In this document: one piece after another, positions 37,405-48,328 of the stretch
Numbering within the stretch: position 1 is the first letter of the stretch
Layout of the letters: each line of letters begins with the position of its first letter
NCBI GenBank assembly: GCA_040219255.1
Contig: JAVJSW010000072.1
Coordinates: 1 to 50,841, forward strand
DNA: 50,841 bases
Source: Sumerlaeia bacterium
GTDB lineage: Bacteria; Sumerlaeota; Sumerlaeia; SLMS01; JAHLLQ01
Reading direction: 5' to 3'
The notes under the pieces: model-generated
What the model was told of the DNA's origin: nothing
Databases searched by the model: none
What the model saw: the letters and a program-made list of their open reading frames with translations, nothing else
Translations under genes and position numbers: made by a program

Positions 37405-38319
37405 ATGTCTTCCCAACGCGCCTGGATCGAATCGCTTGTCCGCTGCATCCCCTCTGGCCTCGTGTTCGTCCGGCGGGACGGCTGCATCCAGTGGTCGAAT
37501 GAGCACTTCGCCCTGATGGTGGGCGAACGGGGCGGGGTGAAGGGCCGGCTCTTCAGTGAGCTGGTTCCCGAATGGGAGGGGATGCCCGAGGACCTGCCCT
37601 ATACCCCGAAAATCGAGATGGTGTCGCCGAGGCGAGCGACGCTGACGGATCCCGAGGGTGAACCGTTCACCGTGACGCTTTGGATCTCGGCCTGCGCGAC
37701 TGGGGCCGGGGCCGACTGGGCGATTTTTGTGGAAGACCTGCGCACCGTGGATGGCCTGCGGCGCCAGCTCGAAGCCCGCGAGCAAAGCCATTCCTTCCTC
37801 AAAGCAAGCGCCTCCGACCTGATCCTGCGCACCGGCGCGGATTGGACCGTGACCTGGGGCAACGAGGCGGCGGAAGCCTACTTCAAAGCCGGCGACGCCC
37901 TGCCGGAAAGCCTCGCGCCGGCCTGTTGGGCTGAGCTGTCGGCTTGCCTGGAACGCCTGGCGGGGGGCGAGCGCCGCGCCGAAGTGGTTCTCGAAAGCGC
38001 CCCCGCCCGGACCCCGGCGTTTCTGCTGCGGGGCCTGATGCGGCGCGTGGCCGAGGACGACGGCGCGTTCGCCGGGGTCAGCCTGGTTCTGCGCGACGAC
38101 TCGGAAAAGCGCCGCCTCGCCGCCCTCGCCTCCCGCCTCGGCCTCAGCCCCCGCGAGGAGGAAGTCGCCGAGTATCTGCTGCAAGGCTACTCAAACCTCA
38201 ACATCGCCACGATCCTCGGTCTCAGCGAAAGTGGCGTCAAATTCCACATCCGCAACATCCTGAGCCGCGCCGGAGCGAACACACGGACGGAGTTGATGGC
38301 GATGGCGCTGAGCGAGTGA
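37405..38319 (+). CDS. PAS-domain LuxR-family transcriptional regulator
   Basis: Two PAS-like segments; C-terminal LSPREEEVAEYLLQGYSNLNIATILGLSESGVKFHIRNI HTH. Confidence 0.88.
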   Translation: MSSQRAWIESLVRCIPSGLVFVRRDGCIQWSNEHFALMVGERGGVKGRLFSELVPEWEGMPEDLPYTPKIEMVSPRRATLTDPEGEPFTVTLWISACATGAGADWAIFVEDLRTVDGLRRQLEAREQSHSFLKASASDLILRTGADWTVTWGNEAAEAYFKAGDALPESLAPACWAELSACLERLAGGERRAEVVLESAPARTPAFLLRGLMRRVAEDDGAFAGVSLVLRDDSEKRRLAALASRLGLSPREEEVAEYLLQGYSNLNIATILGLSESGVKFHIRNILSRAGANTRTELMAMALSE

Positions 38320-38372
38320 GGGGAGCGTGCGGTTCACAGCCAAAGCCACTCAACTTCAGTAAATACAATCCT

Positions 38373-38403
38373 CTCTGTGTCCTCAGTGCCTCGGTGGTGA
38401 ATT
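38373..38403 (-). repeat. 31-bp CACAGAG repeat, copy 3
   Basis: Reverse complement AATTCACCACCGAGGCACTGAGGACACAGAG; 27/31 identical to copy 1. Confidence 0.8.
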
Positions 38404-38421
38404 CTTGAAATGAATGCGCTT

Positions 38422-41400
38422 TCAGGGTCGCCTGTCGCCCTTCAGGCCTTCCGTGAAGAAACCCTCTCCCCGATCCCAGGGAACCGCGAGCCAGGTTCGG
38501 AGCACGGCGTCCTGGCCTGCTGTGATCAACGTCCGCCCATCGGCCATCAGGGCCAGGTCCAGCACGCCATAGCGATGATCCGCGAAGGTCAGCAGTTCGA
38601 CGCCGGTGTCGGCCTCGAAAACGCGCAGCAGCGAATCGGCGCAGGCGGTCAGCACCCGCGCGCCATCGGGTGTCAAGACGGCGGCGTTGACGGCCCCGGC
38701 GTGGGTGCCGCGATAGACGGTTACGCTTTCCGGGTTCGAGATGTTCCAGAGCCGGGCGGTTTCGTCGGCCGAAGCGCTGAGGAACCGGCGCTCCTTCGCG
38801 ACCCAGACGAGGTCGCGGATGGGGCCGCTGTGGCCCTCGAAGAGGCGCATGGGCTCGCTGCTTTCCACGTCGAGGAGCGTGATGGTGCCGTCCTCCGCCC
38901 CCGCGAGAAGCCTTGCGCCCGAGCCATCCAGCGCCAGCGCTGTCCATCGGCCCTTGGTCCTGGCCAGTTCGTTGTAAACGTTCGGCTCGAAGGCATCACC
39001 TCGCAGCAAACGGCCATCCTCTGTGGCGAACAGGAGGGCGAGGCCATCGGCGGACAGTTCGGTGGCGGTGAAGGGCGAATCGGTGCGCCAGGTTACGACC
39101 GATTCCGTGCGCGCCGGAAAGGTCCGGCAGTGGACCGCCGCGCCATCGCGGCGCAGCACCAGGGCGGTGCGTCCGTCCGCCGAGACTTTGACATCGATGG
39201 ACTTGCTCTCGACCCAGAACTGGCGCGGCTGGCCTGGAACCCCGCCCGTCATGTCCCAAAGTCCCGCGACGCCGCTCTGGTGGGCGGTAGCCAGAACGGG
39301 GGCGGCGGATGCCACATCGAGCCCGAAAATGCGATCCGGATAGCGGGGGAGCGCCACCTGATGCGCGGGCTGCCCCGGCGCCCAATAAGCCAGGCCACCG
39401 TCCGCGCCGCAGGCCAGAAAGCCCTCGCCCGCCAACGCGAACGCCGCCACGGCGCGGCTGTCCACGCCGATCGGGACGCGTTCCCAATCCATCCGCCAGT
39501 CGATGCGCTCGATCGCGTTGCGGGTTCGGGTATAGAGGAAGGCGCCGCCGGGCGAGAGTACCAGCTCGTTCACGATGCCCGCCGGGTGGGTGAAGCGCCG
39601 CGCCACTTCCCACGTGGCGGGATCGTAGAGGCGGATGGTGGTGCTGGCGGTGGTCAGAAGCAGCGTGCCGTCTTCGCGCCAGGCGGCCGCCGTGACGGCG
39701 AATTCGTCGGGCGTCAGGACGATTTCCGGCGCCGCCCCACCGGCGTGGTGGATGATCGCGCGGGGGTCGCGGGCGGCCTGCTGGATGCCCGGCTCCACGG
39801 CCCAGGTCACGAACCGAGCGCCATCGGGCGCCCAAGCGATGCCGCGCACGGGGGCGTCGTGGCGGTTGGGGCTTTCCAGGACTTCGCTGGACTCGGCGTG
39901 GCCTTGGAAAATGCGGCCGTCCTGGGTTCCGGCGGCGAAAAGATCCCCCTGCGCCCCCAGCGCCGTGATCGGCGAATCGGTCCGCAGGATTTCGCGAATG
40001 GCGGAACTGTCATGCGGGACGGCGTAAACGGCCCGTTCACTCGCCGCGAAGGGTGCCTCGCCCGACCCCGCCAGCCGCAGCAGCGGCTCCTGGGCGACGC
40101 GCACCTTCCAGGCGGGGGCCTTGGGGCCGAAGGCCGCCAGATACCCGGTGCCGCTCGCCGCGAGAACGGTTTCGCCGGGGCCGGCCATCACGGCGGTCCA
40201 GGCCCCCGCGTCCTCGGTCAGCACCTCGCCCGTCGCCGCGTCCAGGATCGCCAACCGCCCATCATCGGCCCCGATGGCGCCGATAATCCCGCCCGCTTCG
40301 GAGAGCGCGAAGGTCGCGTAGCGCTCGTCCCGCGGCCTCAGAAGCCGTTCCTCCGGCATGGCCGCGCTCGCCAGATAGCCCCACTCCCAGCCGCGCCGGG
40401 CCTGCGGCGTCTGGCGCAGGGCGTCGCGGGCGGCGGCGAAACGCTGGTTTTCGATGTGCGACTGGGCCGCTTGCAGGCTCGCGCGGGCCAGTTCCCGCTG
40501 CGCCTGATCCAGCGCCCGCTCGGTGTTGCGCCGCTCCGCCACGGCCGTTTCGAAGGCGATAAACAGTACCACCGACGCAACCGCCGCAACCGCCAGCAGC
40601 GACGCCAACGCCACCAGCGCGTAGCGCCGGGCGCGGACCCGCTCGCGTTCGCGGGCGGCGCGCTGGTCCTGGGCCTCGCGCAGGGCCGCCAGCAAGGCCT
40701 CGCGGCGTTCGTCCTGGGCGATGCGATGGGCGATCAACCCCGCCAGCTCCAGGTCCCCGGCGGCGATGGCGCGGGTACTGTGGGCCGCCAGCACGTCGTC
40801 GCGCAGCGCCATCAGGCCCTCGATCTCCGGGTCCAGGGCCCGCGCCCGATCCAGATCGCCCTCGATGGCCGCCAATTCCGCGTAGCCGCTCGCGGGCACG
40901 GCCGTGAAGCGCTCGCTGCATTCGGCCAGCAGGCGCTTCGCCTCCTGCGTCTGGCGCATCCCGCCGAGGAAGTCCTCGATGGCGAGGCGGAATTCCTCGG
41001 CCGAAGCGAACCGCGCCGGGGGAGCGGTGCTCAGCGCGCGGTCGATCAGGCGGCGCAGCGGCGCGGGGATGTCCGGCCCCAGCGGCCGGCGGCGGTTCTG
41101 GCGCGCGGCGTCCATCGATTGGGTGGGCGAGTCGCCCGGGTGCGGCGGCTGGCCCGTGGCGATGTGAAACGCCGTCGCGCCCAGCAGGTACACGTCCGTG
41201 GCGACACCGATGGCGGCGGCGTCGGCCAGCGCCTGCTCCGGCGCCATATAGCCCGGCGTGCCCAGGGGCCGGTCGATGTCGGCGACACAGCGCCCGCGCT
41301 CGCGATTGCCATCGAGCCGCGCCGCGATGCCCCAATCCATCAGGAACACCTCGCCGAAACCGCCCGCGATCACCTGTGAAGGCTTCAAATCCAGATGCAC

Positions 41401-41955
41401 GATCCCCCGCGCGTGCGCGTAGGCCACGGCCAGGCAGACGCTTCGCAGGATGCCCAGGTGCTTGCTCCAGTAGGCTTCCGCTGGCGGGACCTCGGCCGGG
41501 CGTTCCCGCGCGATCAGCACGTCCCACCGCTCGCCCGTCACCCGCTTCATGGCCATCACGGGGCGCTCGCCGTGGGGCGACAGCCCGGACCGGTGCAGCG
41601 TCCCCAAATCCAGAACCGGCACGATGTTCGGGTGGTCCAGCTCGCCGGTCAGGATCGCTTCCTTCAGGAAGGACTCGGCGGACCCGCGGCGGTGGATTTT
41701 GACGGCCACTTCGCGCCCGAGGGACGTCTGCCACGCCTCCCAGACTTCTCCCTGACCGCCCTCGCCGATGCGGTGTTTCAGCACATAGGGCCCGGCGGAA
41801 GCTGGCGGAGGCGTCCCCATCTTGGGAATCGCGTCCGCCGACCCGCCCGCGACCACCGTCGCGTCCAGAAACCCGAGGGAAAACCCCGCCCCTTCCTCCA
41901 CCCCGGAAGCCGGAGGCGGGGCGTCTTCAGGGTCCGGTGGAATCGGGGACGTCAT
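38422..41955 (-). CDS. Ser/Thr protein kinase with TM helix and WD40 repeats
   Basis: GEGGQGEV, VAVK, HLDLKPSQ, DWG and GTPGYMAPE; TM segment YALVALASLLAVAAVASVVLFIAF; GH...SASADETARLWN repeats. Confidence 0.9.
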   Translation of the reverse strand: MTSPIPPDPEDAPPPASGVEEGAGFSLGFLDATVVAGGSADAIPKMGTPPPASAGPYVLKHRIGEGGQGEVWEAWQTSLGREVAVKIHRRGSAESFLKEAILTGELDHPNIVPVLDLGTLHRSGLSPHGERPVMAMKRVTGERWDVLIARERPAEVPPAEAYWSKHLGILRSVCLAVAYAHARGIVHLDLKPSQVIAGGFGEVFLMDWGIAARLDGNRERGRCVADIDRPLGTPGYMAPEQALADAAAIGVATDVYLLGATAFHIATGQPPHPGDSPTQSMDAARQNRRRPLGPDIPAPLRRLIDRALSTAPPARFASAEEFRLAIEDFLGGMRQTQEAKRLLAECSERFTAVPASGYAELAAIEGDLDRARALDPEIEGLMALRDDVLAAHSTRAIAAGDLELAGLIAHRIAQDERREALLAALREAQDQRAARERERVRARRYALVALASLLAVAAVASVVLFIAFETAVAERRNTERALDQAQRELARASLQAAQSHIENQRFAAARDALRQTPQARRGWEWGYLASAAMPEERLLRPRDERYATFALSEAGGIIGAIGADDGRLAILDAATGEVLTEDAGAWTAVMAGPGETVLAASGTGYLAAFGPKAPAWKVRVAQEPLLRLAGSGEAPFAASERAVYAVPHDSSAIREILRTDSPITALGAQGDLFAAGTQDGRIFQGHAESSEVLESPNRHDAPVRGIAWAPDGARFVTWAVEPGIQQAARDPRAIIHHAGGAAPEIVLTPDEFAVTAAAWREDGTLLLTTASTTIRLYDPATWEVARRFTHPAGIVNELVLSPGGAFLYTRTRNAIERIDWRMDWERVPIGVDSRAVAAFALAGEGFLACGADGGLAYWAPGQPAHQVALPRYPDRIFGLDVASAAPVLATAHQSGVAGLWDMTGGVPGQPRQFWVESKSIDVKVSADGRTALVLRRDGAAVHCRTFPARTESVVTWRTDSPFTATELSADGLALLFATEDGRLLRGDAFEPNVYNELARTKGRWTALALDGSGARLLAGAEDGTITLLDVESSEPMRLFEGHSGPIRDLVWVAKERRFLSASADETARLWNISNPESVTVYRGTHAGAVNAAVLTPDGARVLTACADSLLRVFEADTGVELLTFADHRYGVLDLALMADGRTLITAGQDAVLRTWLAVPWDRGEGFFTEGLKGDRRP

Positions 41956-42046
41956 CGGTGGGGCGGCCGCTCAGTCTTGCGAGATGCCGAAGAATGAGAC
42001 TGGCGCGGCGGGGGAGGCAACTCATCTCGGCACGGAATCGGCCGCC

Positions 42047-44710
42047 CTAATTGGAGAAGAAGTCGGCGATATCGACCACGAAGTCCCCGTTGCGGTTGTC
42101 GGCGGGGGCGGCTGTCCGCAGGCCCAGGAGCACATCGACCACATTGGGGGTTGGGGTGGGCGTCGGTGTGGAGGTGGCCGTGGGCGATGGTGTCGGAGTT
42201 GGGGTTGCCGTCAGCGTTGGCGTGGGCGTGCCCGTAGGTGTCGCCGTTGGGGTCGTGGTGGGTGTTGCTGTCGGGGTCGCCGTTGGAGTGGGGGTGGGGG
42301 TCGCCGTCGGTGTTGGCGTGGGTGTTGGAGTCGCCGTAGCGGTCGGTGTGGCTGTGGGCGTCGGTGTCGGCGTAGGTGTCGTTGTCGCTGTCGGCGTAGG
42401 GGATGGAGTCGGAGTTGGCGAAGGAGTCGGCGTCGCCGTCACGTCCGGTATTACCTCTGTCTCGAAGCTGCCACGGTCCACGATGGTTCCGACGATCCGG
42501 GGGAATCCGGGACCGCGCTGATCGTCGAAGGGAGCGTTGATGTCATCGCTTCCGAAAGCGAAAAACTGGGCGACCAAAGCATTCGAGCCGCTGTTGATGG
42601 CCCGGCTCGTGTCGGCGAGGTTGTGGGTGGGGGTGAAGCCTCCGTTGTCGGCCAGCGGCAGGACGCCAGTGGGTTCGGGGAAAAACTCGGAGCCGACGAT
42701 GTCGTTGTTCTGGCCGGAGAGAAGTCCGCTGCTGCCGCCGGTGCGAACGATGTTATGCCCCAAGCTACTGATCGCGCCGTTCACATCTCCTAAGTTGGGG
42801 ATCGCTCCCGCCGTGTTGGAGGTAATGAGCGTATTGCCGATGCGCACCTGCGTGTCGGCCCCTTCGATGGAGATGCCGCCGCCGAAGGACAGCGCGGAAT
42901 TGAACGCCAGGGTGCAGTTGATGACGGTGACTTGGGCGCGGGATTCGACGGCCAGCGCGCCGCCGGAGTTGCCGGCACTGCCGTTGCCCGTCAGGGTGCT
43001 ATTGTTGAGGGTCAGCGAGGAATCGGGCCCGGCCCAGATGGCGCCCCCGGCGTCGTTGATGACGGAGAGGAAATCGCTGGTGTTCTCGGTGAATAAGCAG
43101 CTTTGGACAAGCGCGCTCGTGTGGTCCCGCAAGGCCAGCCCTCCGCCGAAATTGGCCACGCCGTCTCTCAGGTCACAGAGATTCAAAGCCAGCCGAGCAT
43201 TGTGGGCGCCGTGTTCGATGGCGCCTCCGTGCGTGACACCCGTTGTATTCGGTCGCAGTCGGAAGCCGACGAGGCTGCAATCGCCCCCGCGCATCAGGCG
43301 GCTGGTGACGAGGCGGGGGCCGTTGATGACGAGATCCTCTCCCATGCCGATAAACGGGCTGCGCAAGACAAGGGGCCGGCTGGGATCGAGGACGTGAGTT
43401 CCGCTTATGGTGACGAGAGTGGCTTGTGGCGCGTTCTCGAGCATCGCGCGCAGATTGTAGTCGCCCGCCAGCGCGTCCGCCAGGTCATCGCCCAAGGCGG
43501 TCAGCACGGGGTCCACGGCTTGACGTTCGTAGGCGCCGATATCCACCCGCTTGGACTCCCCCGACACGCGGTGAAATCCCCGGGCGTCCCCGGCCCCGAT
43601 ATTGGCGAAATCGGTGACGGAGAGCAGGCCGTTGTCTCCCGCGTCGATGGCGGGACTGGCGGGTGCGCCGGGATCAAGGGCGTGGGTGAAAACCTGGCCG
43701 CCGTTCTTGGCGAGAGGGACAAGGCCAGGATCGAGGGGGGATGCCACGGTTCCCACCTGGTCGCCGAGGACGCCGTCCGTGAAGGGCCCCGCCGGGTCGC
43801 CGATGCCGATGAGGTTGTGGCCAATGCTGATAAAGCCGGCTCCGGCGTTGGCGGCCGGGGGAACATCGGGATAATCCCCTGGCGACTGATTAGCCGCGAT
43901 GATCGTGTTGCCAATGCGTGCCATGGCATTACTCGTCAGCACCAGGGCCGAACCCAATTCCACGCTCGATTCGTTACCCGTCAACGTTCCGTTGATCAGA
44001 TCCATCGTCGCACCGTTGGCCAAACCCAAGATGAGCGCGCTGCCAGAGGCGGCCACATTGTCGGAGAAGGTGGTATTGATGATCCGTATGGGATGCACCG
44101 GGGCGTCCTGTCCGGCTAAGATGGCGATGGCGCCCCCGGAAGAGGAGCTGCGGTTGCTATGGAACGTCGAGCTTTCGATGGCGAGGGGCGCGACAATGTT
44201 GCTGAGGTAGAGGGCGCCACCTAGCTGTTCGGACGCATTGCCGGTGAACTCGCACCAGCGGATGGTGATCGGTTGGAAGACCGACTGGGCTGAGAGGACG
44301 CTGCCGATTCCGGCGTTGTCGAAATTGCGGAAGGTCACGCCTTCGAACAAAAGCGGGGCGTCGTTGAGGGACAAGACGTCGAACAGCAGGCCGGTAAAAC
44401 TGCCATCGACGATGGTCTGGCCAGCGCCGTTGCCCAGTAGAGAGATACCGTGGGGCAAGGGGATGGAGGCGGTGACGACGATGGGTTGAGCGTCGAGGTC
44501 CGGGTGGAACCGGATCGAATCGCCGGGCGAACTGGCGCCGATCGCTTCCCGCAGCGAAAAGCCGTTCTCCGCCCCGCCGTCGTCTTGGTCTTCGGTGGTG
44601 GTGACGGTGAAGGTGGCTGCGTGAGAGATAAGGGGACTGACGGCCATTAGGGCCAGCAGAAGGACGATCGTTCCCTTACGGAACGGATGGCGGTAAAATC
44701 GGGCTGTCAT
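42047..44710 (-). CDS. Large secreted beta-helix protein (CSLREA/choice-of-anchor Q-like) with PT linker and dockerin-like tail
   Basis: Signal ending [21 protein letters not shown]/FxxN repeats, two LAxNGG...AI..G...D.RG..R...VD.G..E modules, a (TP)n linker, and [14 protein letters not shown]. Confidence 0.85.
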   Translation of the reverse strand: MTARFYRHPFRKGTIVLLLALMAVSPLISHAATFTVTTTEDQDDGGAENGFSLREAIGASSPGDSIRFHPDLDAQPIVVTASIPLPHGISLLGNGAGQTIVDGSFTGLLFDVLSLNDAPLLFEGVTFRNFDNAGIGSVLSAQSVFQPITIRWCEFTGNASEQLGGALYLSNIVAPLAIESSTFHSNRSSSSGGAIAILAGQDAPVHPIRIINTTFSDNVAASGSALILGLANGATMDLINGTLTGNESSVELGSALVLTSNAMARIGNTIIAANQSPGDYPDVPPAANAGAGFISIGHNLIGIGDPAGPFTDGVLGDQVGTVASPLDPGLVPLAKNGGQVFTHALDPGAPASPAIDAGDNGLLSVTDFANIGAGDARGFHRVSGESKRVDIGAYERQAVDPVLTALGDDLADALAGDYNLRAMLENAPQATLVTISGTHVLDPSRPLVLRSPFIGMGEDLVINGPRLVTSRLMRGGDCSLVGFRLRPNTTGVTHGGAIEHGAHNARLALNLCDLRDGVANFGGGLALRDHTSALVQSCLFTENTSDFLSVINDAGGAIWAGPDSSLTLNNSTLTGNGSAGNSGGALAVESRAQVTVINCTLAFNSALSFGGGISIEGADTQVRIGNTLITSNTAGAIPNLGDVNGAISSLGHNIVRTGGSSGLLSGQNNDIVGSEFFPEPTGVLPLADNGGFTPTHNLADTSRAINSGSNALVAQFFAFGSDDINAPFDDQRGPGFPRIVGTIVDRGSFETEVIPDVTATPTPSPTPTPSPTPTATTTPTPTPTPTATPTATATPTPTPTPTATPTPTPTATPTATPTTTPTATPTGTPTPTLTATPTPTPSPTATSTPTPTPTPNVVDVLLGLRTAAPADNRNGDFVVDIADFFSN
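42146..42440 (-). repeat. Thr/Pro/Ala low-complexity linker (~98 codons)
   Basis: [12 protein letters not shown]... encoded with varied synonymous codons. Confidence 0.9.
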
Positions 44711-44907
44711 GGCAATCGGTCTCGTGAAGGGCTTTGACAGGACCGATTGGGGGCCGAGGCACGGGGCTGGGGCTGTCGATCTCTGCGCAGGAACGCATGC
44801 ACGATCAGGCGCTTCGGCAAAAACCTCAACCCAAAACGGACCCCACTTTCCGCCCCGCCGGCCATCGCGCCAGCGCAGGCCCGCGGGTGAAGGCCCCGTT
44901 GTCTGAT

Positions 44908-44978
44908 AAGTGTATTTTGTCTTTCTTGTTCCCGAAGCTCCACATGAGGGGACAACGGGGCGGCCCTGTGAGAGGCTC
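44908..44978. repeat. ~70-bp noncoding repeat, copy 2
   Basis: AAGTGTATTTTGTCTTTCTTGTTCCCGAAGCTCCACATGAGGGGACAA...CGGCCCTGTGAGAGGCTC. Confidence 0.85.
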
Positions 44979-45125
44979 TTTTTCGACGGCCACAAGAGCC
45001 GCGGCCAAAGGAGCCCCCGCCCCATGAACGCAACGATCCCCACCCTCACGAAATCGCCTCGCCGGGAGCGCCTTCCCTGCGCTCTGCACTTGAGACCGGC
45101 CCGGTCCCCATTCACAACCATCCCT

Positions 45126-46061
45126 GTGAGCACAGCCATCCCTCCCCACCAGGATCTGCTGACCTTCGCCGCCGCCGCCAGGGCCGGCGACATCGGGACG
45201 CTGCGCGCCCTGATCGCGCGAGGCATCGATCCCGCATGGCCGGAGGAATGGGCCCGTAAAGCCGATGGCCAATTCCCCCTGCACGAAGCCGCCTACGCGG
45301 GACAGGGTCTCGCGGTGGAGTATCTCCTACAGGCCGGCGCCGCCATCGACCGCCTGGATTTCTCCTGGTGGACGCCCTTGATGCACGCCGTCAAGGCGGG
45401 GCAGAAGGACATGGCGCGCCTGCTCCTCTCGCGCGGCGCCGACCCCTACCTCCGGCGCGAGGGCACTCTCTCGCCGCTCGCCATCGCCGTCGGCAAACGG
45501 GCGCCCAACCTCGTCCGGTTGCTGCTCGAACTGGGCGTCGATCCCAACGATGACATCTCGCCGGGGGAAGCCGCCCTTTCCGTACCGCCGTTGATTGTGG
45601 CGGCGCGGGCATTGCCCCACGCCACCGGGGTGGAAATCGCACAGGCGCTGATTCTGGCGGGGGCTGACCCCGAGCCCAACCGCTCGCTTTCGGCGCTGAC
45701 CGGCCGGCCGGACGCGGTGGCCCGGGAACCGGCCCTGATCGAAGTCTGCACGCAAGCCTCGGCGGCGCCCCGGGTCGCGTGGGAAGCCAAGATCCTGGCC
45801 GATGCGGCGGCGCTGCTGATCGAGTACGGAGCGGCCCCCGACCGCGTCGACCGCTTCGGATACAACGGGCTGTACCACGCGGCAAAGGGCGGCAACCTGG
45901 CCCTGGCTGAGGCTCTGGTCTCCGGCGGAGCGGCGCCCTATATACTCCGCCTTTCCCCCGACACCGGCCAGTCGGAACGGCTGCGGCCCGAATGGCGCAC
46001 GCGCCATCAGCGCCGGGTCCAGGCCTGGCTGGATGGAGTCGCCGCCGCGTCGCGCCCCTGA
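45126..46061 (+). CDS. Ankyrin repeat protein
   Basis: [29 protein letters not shown] and GLYHAAKGG repeats; start uncertain. Confidence 0.85.
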   Translation: MSTAIPPHQDLLTFAAAARAGDIGTLRALIARGIDPAWPEEWARKADGQFPLHEAAYAGQGLAVEYLLQAGAAIDRLDFSWWTPLMHAVKAGQKDMARLLLSRGADPYLRREGTLSPLAIAVGKRAPNLVRLLLELGVDPNDDISPGEAALSVPPLIVAARALPHATGVEIAQALILAGADPEPNRSLSALTGRPDAVAREPALIEVCTQASAAPRVAWEAKILADAAALLIEYGAAPDRVDRFGYNGLYHAAKGGNLALAEALVSGGAAPYILRLSPDTGQSERLRPEWRTRHQRRVQAWLDGVAAASRP

Positions 46062-46166
46062 AACGCACCGTTCCGGGTATTTTCGCGCAATTTCATGCCC
46101 TTACCTATTGAATGACCACCCGCCCTTCTCGACCCTTCGATCCCATCCTCGGAAGTGACTGTCCCC

Positions 46167-47468
46167 ATGTCTTCGCCTCACGATGAAACCCTCCTCGACG
46201 AAAGCCTCGACCGCACGCTGCACACCGAGTGCGCGGGCGAGGTGGCGGCGTTCGCGCAGGCCCGAGGCCACGAGCCCCTGTCCTTTGAGGACAAAGCCGC
46301 CTGTCTCGCCCGCCGCGCTGGCTTCGAAGTCCTCGGCACGCTCGGCAAAGGCGGCATGGGCGCCGTGCTCAAAGCCCGCGACCGCGAGCTGGGGCGCACC
46401 GTGGCGCTCAAGCTGCTGATCAGCGAACGTTCCGGCGACGCGCAGGCCATGGCGCTCCTGAAACGCGAGGCGGAGCGGGCCAGCGCCCTGAACCACGAAA
46501 ACATCGTCCAGGTCTATTCCTGGCACACCGTCGGCGACCTGATGTTTTTCGCCATGGAATGGGTCGATGGCGAGTCCCTAGCCCAGTACGTGAACCGCCT
46601 CGGCCCGCTGGCGCCGAGGGAAGCGCTGCGGATCCTGTCGCAGGCCGCGGACGCTCTCGCCGCCGCCCACGGCGAGGGCCTCCTGCACCGCGACATCAAA
46701 CCGGCCAACATCATGATCACCCGCGCGGGCCGGGCCAAGCTCACCGACTTCGGCATCGCGTCCTCCTTGCGAGATGACCCCGGCGAAACCGAAGGCCGCA
46801 TCGAGGGAACCCTGTCCTACATGGCGCCGGAGCAGGGCCGGGGCGAAGCCCTGACCTACCGCAGCGACGTTTTCGCCTTGGCCGGGACGCTGTACTTCGC
46901 GCTGACAGGGCGGTCGCCAATGAGCAACCAGGGCGGGATCCTGGAGCGTCTGGAAAAAGTGCGCCGCGGCGAGACCGTCCCGATCGAGAAAGTCCGCGAG
47001 GACCTGCCGTCGAAACTGGTTCGTTTTGTCACGCGGAACCTGGACCCCGCGCCCGCCCACCGCGCCGCCGACGCCGGGGCCTTCAAGCGGGAAGCGGAGC
47101 GTCTGCTGCTGACGATTCATGACAAGCGCGGGGGGCGGAAAGCCCTCCTGCGGGCGCCCTCGTGGCTCGAGCTGGCGCTTGTCATTGCTGTGTTTATCGG
47201 CGGTTTGCTGGCCGGCGGGGCGGGGGTTCTGGCGTGGCAGGCGCGCGAGCCCCGGCCCACCAACGAACAGATGGCCTTCGCCTTGGCCCCGGAATTGCGC
47301 TCGGCGCAGCGGTGGTTGGCCAGCCAACCGCAAACCGACATCCAAATCGGGGTTCTCGCCGGGCAACTGCACGACGCCCAGCGGGACGGAGACTGGAATC
47401 AGGTGCTGAGGGCGCTCGATGAAATCCGCAAGGTCCGCGAGTCCCAGGCGCCAGGCCGCCAGCCATAA
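46167..47468 (+). CDS. Ser/Thr protein kinase with a single TM helix
   Basis: GKGGMGAV, VALK, HRDIKPAN, DFG and GTLSYMAPE; TM segment near the C-terminus. Confidence 0.93.
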   Translation: MSSPHDETLLDESLDRTLHTECAGEVAAFAQARGHEPLSFEDKAACLARRAGFEVLGTLGKGGMGAVLKARDRELGRTVALKLLISERSGDAQAMALLKREAERASALNHENIVQVYSWHTVGDLMFFAMEWVDGESLAQYVNRLGPLAPREALRILSQAADALAAAHGEGLLHRDIKPANIMITRAGRAKLTDFGIASSLRDDPGETEGRIEGTLSYMAPEQGRGEALTYRSDVFALAGTLYFALTGRSPMSNQGGILERLEKVRRGETVPIEKVREDLPSKLVRFVTRNLDPAPAHRAADAGAFKREAERLLLTIHDKRGGRKALLRAPSWLELALVIAVFIGGLLAGGAGVLAWQAREPRPTNEQMAFALAPELRSAQRWLASQPQTDIQIGVLAGQLHDAQRDGDWNQVLRALDEIRKVRESQAPGRQP

Positions 47469-47555
47469 ATCAGATTGCTTGAGTCCGATCTGTCCGTCAG
47501 CCTCTGGCAGACGTCAACAGCCTCGGAATGGAACGCTTGCCAAGGAACGGCCGCC

Positions 47556-48131
47556 ATGAAACGCAACGCCTTCACGCTCATCGAACTCCTCGTCGTGGTC
47601 GCCGTGATCACCATTCTGGCTGCCATCGCCGTCCCCAACTTCCTCGAGGCGCAGACCCGCTCGAAAGTCAGCAAGGCCCAGGAGCACCTGCGCATCGTCG
47701 CGCTGGGGCTGGCGGCGTATTCCGTGGACAACGGCCGCCTGCCCAGTCAGGGCAACGTCGTCGATCCCGCCGCGCGCCGCAACGCCCTCAACCCGCTGAC
47801 CACGCCCATTGCCTACATCTCGACGATGATCATGGATCCCTTCGCGCCCAAGGACGCGCCGATCACCGGCGATGTGTACTATGTGAACCTGAAGGAGGTG
47901 ACCGGCCTGGTGGATTTTGGACGGGAGTTCAACCTCTACGTCATCGGCAGCGTCGCCCCCGACGGCTCGGACAATTTCACGCAGGTGCTGACGGACCTGG
48001 CCGATCCCGCTACCCAAGGCATGATCAGCACCCGCGGCGTGTACGACCCCACCAACGGCACCGTCAGCCCCGGCGACCTCTGCCGAACGCGATGCGGGGT
48101 ATACGGGGGGTATTCGCAGGCGCAGTTTTAG
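47556..48131 (+). CDS. Prepilin-type N-terminal cleavage/methylation protein
   Basis: MKRNA|FTLIELLVVVAVITILAAIAVPNFLEAQTRSK; AAGGA RBS. Confidence 0.92.
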   Translation: MKRNAFTLIELLVVVAVITILAAIAVPNFLEAQTRSKVSKAQEHLRIVALGLAAYSVDNGRLPSQGNVVDPAARRNALNPLTTPIAYISTMIMDPFAPKDAPITGDVYYVNLKEVTGLVDFGREFNLYVIGSVAPDGSDNFTQVLTDLADPATQGMISTRGVYDPTNGTVSPGDLCRTRCGVYGGYSQAQF

Positions 48132-48150
48132 GGGGATGATGTTTCAAGGA

Positions 48151-48181
48151 AAATCACCACAGAGCCACAGAGGGCACAGAG
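48151..48181 (+). repeat. 31-bp CACAGAG repeat, copy 4
   Basis: AAATCACCACAGAGCCACAGAGGGCACAGAG; 29/31 identical to copy 1. Confidence 0.85.
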
Positions 48182-48328
48182 CATATTGAATTGAGTGGAG
48201 TTGGGTTAGATTCCGGCGGCGATCCGCTCTTGTCCAGGCTCTTGAGAGGGCGCCGTAGACCCTGTCTTTTCGGACGCGCGCCGTTCGCTCTCGACACGCC
48301 GGGCTGCTCCTGATGAGAAGAGAACACG

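Noticed and set aside
33870-41379. 650-aa and 989-aa plus-strand ORFs
   Set aside because: Antisense to the G8 protein and the WD40 kinase.
42146-42440. CRISPR-like or VNTR array
   Set aside because: A protein-level PT linker with varied codons; no repeat-spacer structure.
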